From NCBI GenBank assembly GCA_964636225.1, contig CAZWQM010000003.1, forward strand, positions 74 through 64,073: DNA of 64,000 bases. The letters run 5' to 3'. Both the position numbers and the translations under genes were made by a program. Source of the stretch: an uncultured Thiotrichales bacterium (GTDB lineage Bacteria; Pseudomonadota; Gammaproteobacteria; UBA4575). This document shows, one piece after another, positions 21,718-32,744 of the stretch. Position 1 is the first letter of the stretch; each line of letters opens with the position of its first letter. Under the pieces are notes generated by a model. That model was not told the origin of the DNA, ran no database searches, and saw only the letters and a program-made list of their open reading frames with translations.

Positions 21718-23191
21718 ACCCCGCTAGTAATTCAGAAGCGACAGCGACGTCATCAAATTCGATTTTTTGATGCTTGATATATTGATACTTTTCATGCCCT
21801 TTACCTGCAATGAGTACTGCATCGTTCGCGCTGGCCATTTCAAGCGCCGCGGCAATCGCCTGTTTTCTATCAACAATGACTTTATAGTTACTGCTCTCGC
21901 AGCCCTGAGTTATCTGATTAATTATTTCCTGAGGATCTTCGTATCTTGGATTATCGGAAGTGATGAAAACAAAATTAGAATTTCGTGTCGCAATCTCCCC
22001 CATTTCCGAACGCTTTCCTGTGTCTCTGTCACCCCCGCAACCAAACACGCAAATTAGATTTCCCAAACAATGCTCGCGCACAGCATTTAATGCCGCCAAT
22101 AATGCGGCTGGTGTATGCGCATAATCTACAATCACAGCACATCCGGCTGGATTTAATATTTTCTGCATTCGTCCCGGAACTGGCGTCAAGCTGTTTAATG
22201 CTTCAATTATTTCCAGATTACCTTTATCCAAACTTGTCAGCACAGCCGCTACTGCCAATACATTAAACACATTGAACTGCCCCAGCAGCGGAGTCGTCAC
22301 ATCTAAGACTTGATGTTTTACGGATAGCTTGATGAATGTCGAATCTTCCAGATATTTTACTTCCAGCGCATAAACGTCGGCACGGGCATTCATTAAAGAA
22401 AAGGTGATAACATTCAGAGATGAAGCTAGCGATAGACTCCATTCCGCCGCGATCTCATCATCCAAATTAAGCACCGCATATTTCGGCCGCTTATCAAAAA
22501 ATAAACCTGCTTTTGCCTGCACATAAGCTTCCATCGATTCATGATAATCCAGGTGGTCGCGCGTAATGTTTGTCAACACAGCCGTATGTACAGGCACATT
22601 TTTTAAACGACCCTGCTGTATGCCATGCGAAGATGCTTCCATGGCAACCGCAGTGCAGCCTGCTTGCTGAAATTTAAAATATTCTTTTGCAATTCTCGAT
22701 ACCGGTGGTGTGGTATGAGTGGATTCAGACAGAACACCCAGCTGACCATATCCCAAAGTGCCGATTAAACCGCAGCTTTCACCCGTGTTATTTAGTGCTT
22801 GTGCTGCAAGGTGCGCAACGGAAGATTTTCCATCTGTTCCGGTAATAGCGACTGTCTTGATAGTTTCATCTATATCACCATAAAAACGATTTACAAGTAA
22901 ATTTACTTTAGCATCCAGACCCGAACACTCAATCAGCGGAATTACAGCATCTATTGTCATTTGATTTTCATCGACCAACGCACCCTTGTAAATAATTGCG
23001 CTGGCACCTTTATTAATTGCCTCTCTCGCATATTTGAGCCCTGACATAGCAATAAACAAATCGCCCGGCTCAACATCAGCACTGTATTCACTAATGCCTT
23101 TAATACTGACACCTTCCAGGTTGTCAAAAAATACCTGTGAGTCCAGCAACTCGCTGAGCATCATTGAACGCGGATTCATTTGCGTATCCAT
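21701..23191 (-). CDS. murE: UDP-N-acetylmuramoyl-L-alanyl-D-glutamate--2,6-diaminopimelate ligase
   Basis: GTDGKSSV P-loop and a DNPR motif (TSDNPRYEDP). TAATG junction with ftsI. Confidence 0.92.
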   Translation of the reverse strand: MDTQMNPRSMMLSELLDSQVFFDNLEGVSIKGISEYSADVEPGDLFIAMSGLKYAREAINKGASAIIYKGALVDENQMTIDAVIPLIECSGLDAKVNLLVNRFYGDIDETIKTVAITGTDGKSSVAHLAAQALNNTGESCGLIGTLGYGQLGVLSESTHTTPPVSRIAKEYFKFQQAGCTAVAMEASSHGIQQGRLKNVPVHTAVLTNITRDHLDYHESMEAYVQAKAGLFFDKRPKYAVLNLDDEIAAEWSLSLASSLNVITFSLMNARADVYALEVKYLEDSTFIKLSVKHQVLDVTTPLLGQFNVFNVLAVAAVLTSLDKGNLEIIEALNSLTPVPGRMQKILNPAGCAVIVDYAHTPAALLAALNAVREHCLGNLICVFGCGGDRDTGKRSEMGEIATRNSNFVFITSDNPRYEDPQEIINQITQGCESSNYKVIVDRKQAIAAALEMASANDAVLIAGKGHEKYQYIKHQKIEFDDVAVASELLAGFVVNG

Positions 23192-24903
23192 TACTTTCTA
23201 GACTCCGTGAGCAACAGGTTTTCCGGTTTATGCTCGATAAAACTTGGAGGCACATTCATTAATCGCAGTGCGCCTTCAGTCACACGTGAGAATAGTGGTG
23301 CTGCAACCTCACCTCCATAATACCCATCTTCCTTGGCAGGCTGATCGATCAATGCAACTACCACTACTTTCGGATTATCTGCCGGCGCCATACCAGCAAA
23401 TAGTGCGATATAGTTATCTTTAGAATAACCTCCATCCTGCGACTTGCGCGCGGTACCTGTTTTTCCTGCCGCACTATAACCCTGCATTCTGGCGCGGCTT
23501 CCAGTTCCTTCTTCTGTCAACACGGCTTTAAGCATTTCCCTGACTGCCTTGGCCGTGCGCTCTGACATCACACGCTCACCGGCTGGCGCTTGTTCGTTCA
23601 ATAAAAAAGAAGTAGGTAACATGATGCCATTATTGGCAAGCACCGAATAAGCGCGCGCCATCTGCATGGCAGTGGTCGACATGCCATAGCCATAAGCCAA
23701 TGTTGCGCGCTGGGTTTTATTCCAGTTGTTATAACTATCCAGTTTTCCTGCACGCTCCCCCGGAAATCCGGAGCCGTTTAACTGCCCAAATCCGACCGAC
23801 TGATACTGCTGCCACAGTTGTTGCTGCGACATTTTTAGTGCTACTCGCACCGCTCCCACATTACTCGATTTACTCAAAATAGTTTTCATATCAATCACGC
23901 CGTGATTACTATGATCGCTGACCAGCAACTTCCCTACCTTGAAATAACCAGGAGCAGTATTTATTGTACTGCCTGGTTTATATATTCCGTTCTCAATGGC
24001 TGCCGCGATTAAAAATGGCTTGATAGTAGAGCCCGGCTCAAACACGTCTGTTACAGCCCTATTCCTTATAGAAGACGGTTTGGCATTGGCCCGGTCATTA
24101 GGATTGAAAGCTGGGAGGTTCGCCATAGCCAACACTTCTCCACTTTCTACCGCTAACACCACCACAGAACCTGCTTTTGCACTGTAACGATTGATGGTGC
24201 GTTTCAACTCCCTATAAGCGAGATACTGAATACTCTTATCAATGGATAGTGCCAAATCCTTGCCGTGATGTGGCTCTGTCACTAAACCGATATCCCCTAC
24301 TATGGTGCCGCGACCATTTTTAAGCACACGCTTTTTACCGGGAGACCCATGCAGCCATTCATCAAACGCCAGCTCCAGACCTTCCAACCCCTGATCATCT
24401 ATATTAGTAAGCCCGACGACATGAGCCGCAATTTCACCGGCGGGGTAATAACGACGAAACTCTCTCACCGCAGAAATTCCTGTGACATCATTCTGCTTGA
24501 GTTCGTCAGCGACATTGGGGAAAACATGACGTTTCAGATAAACAAATTGCTTGTTTTTTCTTTCCTCAAGTTTTTTGGTCAGCTCTTTCGAATTCAGACC
24601 CAGCACTTTTGCTGCATTCGCAATGGATTCCGGATGACTTAAAGCCGTCTCTGGATGAGCCCAGATAGAAAATACAGGGGTGCTAATTGCCAACGCCTCA
24701 CCATGTCGATCTGTAATAACACCTCTGTTAGCCGGGATCTCAATCGTACGAATATGCCGGTTTGACCCTTCTTCGTTATAGAAGTCAGCATGCAATAACT
24801 GTAATTGCGCCGCTCTTAAGAACAATAGTACAAACACACAGGAAACGAAAAACAATAGCAGATATCGCCGCCCGGCAAACACCTTGGCCTTGGATCTACT
24901 CAT
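23191..24903 (-). CDS. ftsI: peptidoglycan D,D-transpeptidase FtsI (PBP3)
   Basis: N-terminal TM helix and a transpeptidase domain with SxxK (STIKP), SSN and KTGT motifs. Confidence 0.92.
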   Translation of the reverse strand: MSRSKAKVFAGRRYLLLFFVSCVFVLLFLRAAQLQLLHADFYNEEGSNRHIRTIEIPANRGVITDRHGEALAISTPVFSIWAHPETALSHPESIANAAKVLGLNSKELTKKLEERKNKQFVYLKRHVFPNVADELKQNDVTGISAVREFRRYYPAGEIAAHVVGLTNIDDQGLEGLELAFDEWLHGSPGKKRVLKNGRGTIVGDIGLVTEPHHGKDLALSIDKSIQYLAYRELKRTINRYSAKAGSVVVLAVESGEVLAMANLPAFNPNDRANAKPSSIRNRAVTDVFEPGSTIKPFLIAAAIENGIYKPGSTINTAPGYFKVGKLLVSDHSNHGVIDMKTILSKSSNVGAVRVALKMSQQQLWQQYQSVGFGQLNGSGFPGERAGKLDSYNNWNKTQRATLAYGYGMSTTAMQMARAYSVLANNGIMLPTSFLLNEQAPAGERVMSERTAKAVREMLKAVLTEEGTGSRARMQGYSAAGKTGTARKSQDGGYSKDNYIALFAGMAPADNPKVVVVALIDQPAKEDGYYGGEVAAPLFSRVTEGALRLMNVPPSFIEHKPENLLLTESRK

Positions 24904-25172
24904 TTGGATTTAAGCTCCAGCATTACCACATCAGAATGATTCACCAACCGCATTCCCAGTTCATTATTCGCTATTTGCTCTATTCTTGATTGATTGGACC
25001 AGGCACTCTCTTCCAGTAGCAATTGTTCCCATTCCGTTTGTAACTTGGAACCTGTTTCCTGTAGCGCCTGCAATTCAACAAAATATCTTCTTTGTAAATG
25101 TTTGCTATACACTAAACCTGAAGCACTCACGACCACCACCAAATAGAAAACAAACAGTGTCATCAGTTTCAT
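24900..25172 (-). CDS. ftsL: cell division protein FtsL
   Basis: 90 aa with an N-terminal TM helix and a leucine-zipper-like coil. It lies between rsmH and ftsI, with 4-bp overlaps on both sides. Confidence 0.75.
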   Translation of the reverse strand: MKLMTLFVFYLVVVVSASGLVYSKHLQRRYFVELQALQETGSKLQTEWEQLLLEESAWSNQSRIEQIANNELGMRLVNHSDVVMLELKSK

Positions 25173-26101
25173 TGAGTCACTTTCTCGGCTATACGCAATC
25201 GCGCACTGCGCGCCCGCGGGTTAACTTCCAGTTCCTGCTCAGTAGGGCGAAGCATTTTTCCTACCGGTTTTAAATAATCCTTCAACTCAGGCATGACTGG
25301 CAGCCCAGGCAAGAGATCATCTTGCTGAGTGTCTCTAATAAATCGTTTGACTATGCGATCTTCCAAACTATGAAAACTAATTACTACCAGTCGTCCTTGA
25401 CTATTGAGTAAATCAAAGGCTGCCTGCAGTCCTGACTGAAGGGCTTGCAGTTCTTTATTGACTGCAATTCTTATCGCCTGAAATGTTCTGGTTGCAGGAT
25501 GTATCCCCTGATAGTTAGACGGGTAACAGGCTTTAACTATTCCTGCTAGTCGCTTGGTCGTAGTGATTGCAGACAGTTTTTGTTCCTCAAGAATCTTAAT
25601 AGCTATCTTCCTCACATGCCGTTCTTCACCAAATTCACGCAACACTGTCATCAACTCTTTTGAGGAAACATTGGTCAACCATTCTGCGGCGGTAACACCC
25701 GCTTCTGTGTTCATACGCATATCCAGCGGTCCATCATGGCTAAAACTAAAGCCCCTGTGTGCTTCATCCAGCTGAGGCGAGGAAACACCCAAGTCAAAGA
25801 AAATTCCATCGACATTGGTTATTAAATTATGCTCGACACCAATTGGAGATAACTTTGCAAATGACTGATGAATAATAGTGACTCTTTTATCCCCTCCAAA
25901 TTTTTGCCTGGCACACTCTATTGCAACGGGATCCTGATCCAGTAAAAACAAACGTCCCTCAGCACTCAAGTTTTCCAATATCAGCTGACTATGGCCGCCG
26001 CGACCAAAAGTACAGTCAATATATGTGCCGCTATTCTTAAGCCTTAATCCACACAAGGATTCACGTGGCATCACTGGAACATGAGCAGATTTTGCTGACA
26101 T
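25169..26101 (-). CDS. rsmH: 16S rRNA (cytosine1402-N4)-methyltransferase
   Basis: MraW family motifs (HVPVM, DCTFGRGGHS, DLGVSSPQLD). Confidence 0.93.
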   Translation of the reverse strand: MSAKSAHVPVMPRESLCGLRLKNSGTYIDCTFGRGGHSQLILENLSAEGRLFLLDQDPVAIECARQKFGGDKRVTIIHQSFAKLSPIGVEHNLITNVDGIFFDLGVSSPQLDEAHRGFSFSHDGPLDMRMNTEAGVTAAEWLTNVSSKELMTVLREFGEERHVRKIAIKILEEQKLSAITTTKRLAGIVKACYPSNYQGIHPATRTFQAIRIAVNKELQALQSGLQAAFDLLNSQGRLVVISFHSLEDRIVKRFIRDTQQDDLLPGLPVMPELKDYLKPVGKMLRPTEQELEVNPRARSARLRIAEKVTQ

Positions 26102-26106
26102 GCGGA

Positions 26107-26559
26107 CTAAACACTAAGATGTTCTAATGCCGTTTCATCTGCAGCCGAACTTGCCTCTTCCTGCAACCACTCTTCACAAGACTCATGCCAGCGAGTTTGA
26201 TCCCACAACTCAAATTTATTTCCCTGGCCGACAAGACACACATTCTTTTCCAATCCCGCGAAATCGCGTAATTCCTGCGGGATCAGAATTCTGGACTGTG
26301 CGTCAATCTCACGCGGCTTGGCATGACCCAAATAAAGCCGGTGCCAGCGACGCACCTGTTTACCCACATTCGGCAATGCCCTAAGATCAGCTTCGAAACG
26401 TTCCCATTCGGGCAAGGGATAAATGAGCAGACATCGATCGACATCAACAGTGATTACTATCTGTCCACCACAGGCTGCATTGATCCCATCACGGTATTCC
26501 GTGGGCACAGTAATTCGCGCCTTGGCGTCAATGGTTGTTGCGGTGATGCCTCTAAACAT
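26107..26559 (-). CDS. mraZ: transcriptional regulator MraZ
   Basis: MFRGITATTIDAKARITVP with duplicated SpoVT/AbrB-like halves. It is the first gene of the dcw cluster. Confidence 0.93.
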   Translation of the reverse strand: MFRGITATTIDAKARITVPTEYRDGINAACGGQIVITVDVDRCLLIYPLPEWERFEADLRALPNVGKQVRRWHRLYLGHAKPREIDAQSRILIPQELRDFAGLEKNVCLVGQGNKFELWDQTRWHESCEEWLQEEASSAADETALEHLSV

Positions 26560-26572
26560 TCTTGTTCTTCAA

Positions 26573-26621
26573 TCCCATTTTCGTAACGAAATACCACTTT
26601 TTCCCACATCTTCACACTATA
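26573..26621 (-). promoter_or_regulatory. candidate Pmra promoter -10 box plus MraZ operator (TGGGA-type direct repeats at about 10-bp phasing)
   Basis: The minus strand reads TATAGT (26621-26616), then TGGGA (26606-26602), TGGTA (26596-26592) and TGGGA (26577-26573), just upstream of the mraZ ATG. E. coli MraZ binds TGGGN direct repeats in the equivalent place. Confidence 0.4.
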
Positions 26622-26789
26622 AAAATCAAGCGAGTAAAAAGCAAGCTAAATTAAGCCGTTTGTCGGGAATTTTGCCTTGTAAGACAATTACTTAGTGATA
26701 CTTCTAGAGAATATATTTAAGCGAATATTCATGCTTATTAGGGGCTTGCCAGCCCTTAGTGAGAGAATACTTTAAGTTGAGAAGTGGGA

Positions 26790-27148
26790 ATTGAGAGTTG
26801 ATCAGTAAGCCGGGTTTTGTCGTGGGCAATCATTCATCTGTGATGCCTGTCGCCAGACACCTTAAGCGACCTACCCGAGAGCCATATGGACCATACGTGG
26901 TCATAAAATGACCTGCTCTCCTATTTGGTCTTGCTCCAGGCGGGGTTTACCTAGCCATTGATGTTACCATCAATGCGGTGCGCTCTTACCACACCATTTC
27001 ACCCTTACCTGCCAGAGCAGGCGGTATTTTTTCTGCTGCACTTTCCATGGGTTCACACCCTCCAGGCGTTACCTGGCACCCTGTCCTGCGGAGCCCGGAC
27101 TTTCCTCTGCTGCTTAAAGCAACAGCGATTGCCTCGATCAACTCTCGA
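26790..27148 (-). ncRNA. rnpB: RNase P RNA, bacterial type A
   Basis: The minus strand contains GAGGAAAGUCCGGGCUCC (complement of 27090-27107), CAGGUAAGGGUGAAAUGGUGUGGUAAGAGCGCACCGC, and the 3-prime P4 strand ACAAAACCCGGCUUA. A 5-prime GAGAGUUGAUC (27146-27136) pairs with a 3-prime GAUCAACUCUC (26803-26793) to form P1. The location between mraZ and rsmI is the same as in Pseudomonas. The ends are accurate to about 5 nt. Confidence 0.87.
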
Positions 27149-27206
27149 CGTGACTGTAGCATTAAACCGTCTCATGCACATCGCCATAAGGATATAGTCC
27201 GACATG

Positions 27207-28049
27207 CTAATTTTTTGAGTAATATTCACTGGCGAGTTCATACAAGCAATTTTTGGATAATGAGGTCAGTTTCATCGCCAAAGCTACCGCATCCTTATGG
27301 CTCATGACGCCACAGACACGAGAGAATAGTAAGCGCATATTCTGCAGATCCATGTCGTTATGTTCAGTGCCATCTGCACCCTGAATAATCACCACAAACT
27401 CCCCTTTTAGCGGAATTGCATCATTCTCAAACTGCTCTAAAATTTCTACTACTTTCCCTGACACGATTTGCTCATGAATTTTTGTCAACTCACGTGCAAT
27501 CATTAGCATTCGATCCGGTCCAAGTACAGATTGAATATCTTTTAGTACATCTATAATGCGGTGCTTAGCCTCATATATAATAGTTGCCTGCTCACATAAT
27601 GACAGTTGTTGTAAACGCCGAATTCGTGATGCGTGCTTGGGAGGAAGAAACCCCTCAAATGAAAATCGAGTAATATTAAAATCATTTACTGATAATGCGG
27701 TAATGGAAGCGCAGGCACCCGGAACTGGAATGACCGCAATATTATTATGGCGACATAAAGATACCAGCGAGTGCCCAGGGTCACTGACTAGCGGCGTTCC
27801 GGCATCGGTAATCAGTGCGATGTCCTTGCCCTGCTCAAACTCGGACAGCAACTGCGGATCACGCGCTGAAGCATTATGCTGATGATAAGAAATTAAAGGT
27901 GTAGATATATTATGTGCAGTAAAAAGTTTTTTAGCTACACGCGTATCTTCTGCGGCTACCAGTGCTACATTTTTCAATGTTTCAATCGCACGTATAGTAA
28001 TATCCTTAAGATTTCCAATTGGAGTTGCAACAATATAAAGTGTAGCCAA
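27207..28049 (-). CDS. rsmI: 16S rRNA (cytidine1402-2'-O)-methyltransferase
   Basis: MATLYIVATPIGNLKDITIRAIETLKNV...AEDTR is the tetrapyrrole-methylase-like RsmI/YraL N-terminus. It is divergent from lpoA, as in E. coli. Confidence 0.92.
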   Translation of the reverse strand: MATLYIVATPIGNLKDITIRAIETLKNVALVAAEDTRVAKKLFTAHNISTPLISYHQHNASARDPQLLSEFEQGKDIALITDAGTPLVSDPGHSLVSLCRHNNIAVIPVPGACASITALSVNDFNITRFSFEGFLPPKHASRIRRLQQLSLCEQATIIYEAKHRIIDVLKDIQSVLGPDRMLMIARELTKIHEQIVSGKVVEILEQFENDAIPLKGEFVVIIQGADGTEHNDMDLQNMRLLFSRVCGVMSHKDAVALAMKLTSLSKNCLYELASEYYSKN

Positions 28050-28061
28050 ACCGGTTCCTCA

Positions 28062-29969
28062 ATGCTTAATAAACCCAATCAAACAAAACTTATTTTTATG
28101 ACAAACAAAGCTATTCCTACCATATCATATTGCCTGACACTGATTGTAATTACACTGCTCGTGAGTAGCTGCGATTCTAATTTACCTACCCGTTCAGAAG
28201 CTGAACCTAATAATACAGAAATCAAAAAAGCGGAAAGACTTATTAAGCATGGCCAATATCAAAAAGCTTCTGAGCTATATTGGCAAGTATCCCTGAAAGA
28301 ACCTTCACCATCAAAAGAACGCTACCAGTTAAAAGCTGCGGAACTTTCCGTTTCTTCCAGCAACTTCGATCTCGCCCAGCAGTACATTAATCTAATCAAT
28401 GAGCAACAGCTAACATTTGAGCTCATTCCTAGCAAGCGTATTACCGAATCCAGAATCGCGATACATCATGCACGATATCAGGAAGTATTAACGCTATTAC
28501 CTGAGTCATTGATGACTCGGGCACCTCAAAATATCTCTGAAATTCTCGAATTACGTGCACAAGCATATTATGGTGTTGGTGATACCTACGCGAGTTTAAT
28601 CACTCGGACAGAACTCTCATCTCGCCAGGATAAGCATGCAGATAAGTCTTACAATCAAAACGAAATTTGGCGTTTACTGGCTACTGCGCGCAATGAAGAA
28701 CTGGAAGCCTGGTTAAACACGGATAATCAGGAACTAAAAGGCTGGATAGCCTTGGCTCAAACCAAGCGCTCTCGATATTCCAGCATTGATCAACTAAGCT
28801 ACTCGCTAAATGCATGGCGAGACAATTATCCAAACCACCCGGCCACCGATAATCTATTAACTAGCATTCTGGAAAGTTTTGAAAATTATTTTGCAGTACC
28901 TGAAAAAATTGCCTTATTGCTACCCATGACAGGCCGCTACGCTAAAATTTCAGAAGTAATCTATGCTGGTATCACTTCCGCCAGAGAATTACATTCAGAT
29001 GATCAATATTCGCCAAAATTAGAACTTTACGATACCGGAGACAACCCTGATGATATTCTTTATTTCTATCAGCGCGCAGTAGATGATGGTGCAGACTTTG
29101 TTATCGGCCCATTAAAAAAAGAATCCGTCGAGCTATTAGTGCAGCAATCTGAACTTCCCGTACCAGTATTAACACTTAACTACACATCCGAACACACTCA
29201 GACTGCAGGGAATGTATTCCAGTTCGGCTTATTACCGGAAGATGAAGCGATACAAGTAGCGGAGCGTGCTTCACTTGATGATCACATAAGCGCGATAATA
29301 TTTGCACCTAATGGAGAATGGGGAGAAAGACTGGCAGGGGCATTTCGAACCCGATTTGAAGAACTCAGCGGTACGGTACTCAACACTCAGTACTACTCAC
29401 CAGATAACACAGATTTTTCTGTGCCGCTTAAAGTCGCCTTACAGATCGATCAAAGTGAAGCACGCTATAGAAAGTTAAAATCCATTCTTGGTCAAAATAT
29501 TGAGTTTGAACCGCGTAGACGCCAGGATGTCGACATGGTATTCATGGTCGCCTCACCCCGTACTGCGCGCTTAATTCGACCCCAGATTAATTACTACTAT
29601 GCAACCGACCTGCCAGTATATAGTACGTCTCATGTGTTCTCCGGAATAGAGAACGTCTCCAGCGACAGAGACATTAACGGTGTTTTGTATTGCGATATTC
29701 CCTGGTTATTAAGACCTTCTGCAGACAGTGAAATTCTGCATGAAATACTCGAGTTGGAGCCTGGAGACAGCTATCATTTACTTCCAAGATTCGCTGCATT
29801 GGGCATTGATGCTTACTATCTGCCGCTTAAACTGGCAGAGCTGGCCGCATTACCCTATGAAAGTTACGATGGCCTAACCGGAAAACTTCGTATTGAAGAT
29901 GGAAATAAAATTTTCCGCGAACTCAATTGGGCACAATTTGTAAAAGGTCGTCCTACAATGCTGCCATAG
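28062..29969 (+). CDS. lpoA: penicillin-binding protein activator LpoA (LppC family lipoprotein)
   Basis: A signal peptide with the lipobox LLVSSC follows the Met at 28062 (or 28098). TPR-like N-terminal domain and periplasmic-binding-like C-terminal domain. rsmI/lpoA/yraN/diaA synteny. The ORF-track start at 27912 overlaps rsmI and was trimmed. Confidence 0.8.
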   Translation: MLNKPNQTKLIFMTNKAIPTISYCLTLIVITLLVSSCDSNLPTRSEAEPNNTEIKKAERLIKHGQYQKASELYWQVSLKEPSPSKERYQLKAAELSVSSSNFDLAQQYINLINEQQLTFELIPSKRITESRIAIHHARYQEVLTLLPESLMTRAPQNISEILELRAQAYYGVGDTYASLITRTELSSRQDKHADKSYNQNEIWRLLATARNEELEAWLNTDNQELKGWIALAQTKRSRYSSIDQLSYSLNAWRDNYPNHPATDNLLTSILESFENYFAVPEKIALLLPMTGRYAKISEVIYAGITSARELHSDDQYSPKLELYDTGDNPDDILYFYQRAVDDGADFVIGPLKKESVELLVQQSELPVPVLTLNYTSEHTQTAGNVFQFGLLPEDEAIQVAERASLDDHISAIIFAPNGEWGERLAGAFRTRFEELSGTVLNTQYYSPDNTDFSVPLKVALQIDQSEARYRKLKSILGQNIEFEPRRRQDVDMVFMVASPRTARLIRPQINYYYATDLPVYSTSHVFSGIENVSSDRDINGVLYCDIPWLLRPSADSEILHEILELEPGDSYHLLPRFAALGIDAYYLPLKLAELAALPYESYDGLTGKLRIEDGNKIFRELNWAQFVKGRPTMLP

Positions 29970-29998
29970 TTCATAACAATCAATTTAACGATTACGCA

Positions 29999-30936
<938 letters not shown>

Positions 30937-30940
30937 CAAC

Positions 30941-32335
30941 ATGTCGAATAGCTTACCCGCTGATTTTTTAAACGAATTAAAAAGCGTTTTCCAGAGCAAT
31001 CGTTTATTGCTCGAGCCAGCCGACTGCTGGCCGTATGGGTATGACAATAGCAAAATACATCATGCCCCTGATGTCGTGGTATTGCCTGAAAATCATGATC
31101 AGGTCGTTGATTGCGTAAGGCTATGTAATAAATACACTATTCCTTTGACTACTCGTGGCCGGGGCACCGGCACCACGGGAGCTTCTGTTCCTGTTCGTGG
31201 AGGACTTGTGATGTCAATGGAACGGATGGATAAAATTCTTAGCTGTGATCCTGGTAATCGAAGTGTACATGTTCAGACAGGTGTTACCAATCTGGTATTA
31301 CAGAATTATCTAAAGCAGCGGAATTTTTTTTGGGCGCCGGATCCAAGCAGCGCAGAATTTTGTAGTATAGGCGGAAATCTTGCGTGCAATGCTGCAGGGC
31401 CAAGAGCAATAAAGTATGGCACCACTCGTGAAAACACTTTACGCCTAAAAGCCGTTACAGGTTTTGGAGAAAGTATTCGCACAGGTAGCAAAACAAGCAA
31501 GGGTGTTGTCGGCCTGGATCTTACTCGATTGATCATAGGCTCCGAGGGAACATTGGCAATCATCACTGAAGCTGACTTAAAAATCACACCTCTTCCGGCA
31601 CAAAAAAATACTTTGCGTGCACTTTATCGTAGTCATCAGGGCGCATGCGATGCTATTCAAAATATTGCTTCGCAGTTACATACACCTTGCGCTATTGAAT
31701 TTATGGATAAGCATGCAATTAAATTAATACAGAACTATAGCGAAATTCCCCTACCTCAATCTGCACAAGCTATGTTAATGGTAGAAGTTGACGGCGATGC
31801 GGAGCTGTTGTCCATTAGTACTGAAAGAATCAAAACAGTATTATCCAATCAGGAACATATTGAGGTTGAGCTCGCCACCACTGAGGAGGAACGTAAAACC
31901 TTATGGCAAGCACGTAAGGCGTTGTCCCCCATCTTGCGCAATCTGGCACCCAATAAAATTAACGAAGATGTAGTCGTTCCTGTGACAAACTTATCCAGGC
32001 TGCTTAATCAACTCAACCAATTATCTTTGAAATTCAATCTTCCAATTGTAAATTTTGGCCACGCAGGGAATGGCAACCTACATGTCAACATCATGTATGA
32101 TGCCTGCGATCAAACACAAAACCAGAAGGCTATAACGTGTCTGAAAAAAATATTTGAAACAGTATTAGAGCTGGATGGAACACTTTCAGGCGAGCACGGT
32201 ATCGGTATTAGCAAACGCGATTATGTCGGTATGGAAATCGGCACACATGAACTAGCCTTAATGAGAAATATTAAAGCTCAATTCGACCCAAATCTAATTT
32301 TAAATCCAGATAAAAGTTTACCGTTAATCAAATAA
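30941..32335 (+). CDS. FAD-linked oxidase (GlcD / D-2-hydroxyacid dehydrogenase-like)
   Basis: FAD-binding PCMH-type N-terminal domain (RGRGTGTTGASVP) and a C-terminal GTLSGEHGIGISKR motif typical of GlcD-like enzymes. Confidence 0.85.
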   Translation: MSNSLPADFLNELKSVFQSNRLLLEPADCWPYGYDNSKIHHAPDVVVLPENHDQVVDCVRLCNKYTIPLTTRGRGTGTTGASVPVRGGLVMSMERMDKILSCDPGNRSVHVQTGVTNLVLQNYLKQRNFFWAPDPSSAEFCSIGGNLACNAAGPRAIKYGTTRENTLRLKAVTGFGESIRTGSKTSKGVVGLDLTRLIIGSEGTLAIITEADLKITPLPAQKNTLRALYRSHQGACDAIQNIASQLHTPCAIEFMDKHAIKLIQNYSEIPLPQSAQAMLMVEVDGDAELLSISTERIKTVLSNQEHIEVELATTEEERKTLWQARKALSPILRNLAPNKINEDVVVPVTNLSRLLNQLNQLSLKFNLPIVNFGHAGNGNLHVNIMYDACDQTQNQKAITCLKKIFETVLELDGTLSGEHGIGISKRDYVGMEIGTHELALMRNIKAQFDPNLILNPDKSLPLIK

Positions 32336-32339
32336 TGGT

Positions 32340-32579
32340 CTACAGCATCAAGGTAATGATGAAATATACGGTCACCACCATGGAAACTGCAGCCATTGAC
32401 ACCAACATCAATTGCGAACGGCTTGGCTCATTTTTCTGTACTCTTTCCCGTTCAATACGCGCAAAGGCACAGACAACCTGACTCCCGGAGATTGTTTTTG
32501 TATCCGATGGACGATCTTGCTGCTCAGATTCTTGACTAGCGGGAAGGCTTGGTTCTTCTAAGCTTAATTCAATATGCAT
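32340..32579 (-). CDS. hypothetical small tail-anchored membrane protein (79 aa)
   Basis: Strong SD (GGAGG, 6 nt before the ATG at 32579). Acidic, polar N-terminus and a single C-terminal hydrophobic helix (LMLVSMAAVSMVVTVYFIITLML). No recognisable family. Confidence 0.5.
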   Translation of the reverse strand: MHIELSLEEPSLPASQESEQQDRPSDTKTISGSQVVCAFARIERERVQKNEPSRSQLMLVSMAAVSMVVTVYFIITLML

Positions 32580-32728
32580 GGGACTGCCTCCAAAATATAT
32601 TCTCGAATATCATTCCTGTGCGCAATTGCAATTGACGTATTTAGAGAATGAAAACTACGCTTATAAATTAGCGTTTCAGAAAAATATGACGGCAGTTTAG
32701 AGATATCTTTAGCGGGCTATTTCTAAAT

Positions 32729-32744
32729 TGTGATACAGATCACA
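32729..32744. promoter_or_regulatory. perfect TGTGA-N6-TCACA palindrome (CRP/FNR-family-type site, or a short hairpin 3-prime of dsrP)
   Basis: The sequence tgtgatacagatcaca lies 18 nt after the dsrP stop and about 150 nt upstream of the 79-aa ORF. Confidence 0.35.

Noticed and set aside
26740-26762. Hairpin AGGGGCT-TGCC-AGCCCT downstream of rnpB as a terminator.
   Set aside because: The stem has only 6 bp with a bulge, and no U-run follows on the rnpB strand. It is too weak to call.
26958-27307. ORFs 26958-27197 (+), 26978-27307 (+) and 27053-27241 (-) from the six-frame track.
   Set aside because: They lie on or against the RNase P RNA gene (26790-27148) and the rsmI 3-prime end. The conserved rnpB sequence and helices explain this DNA, and the translations look like noise.
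27912-28061. N-terminal 50-aa extension of the lpoA ORF.
   Set aside because: It overlaps the rsmI coding region on the opposite strand and precedes a textbook lipoprotein signal peptide that begins at the Met at 28062.
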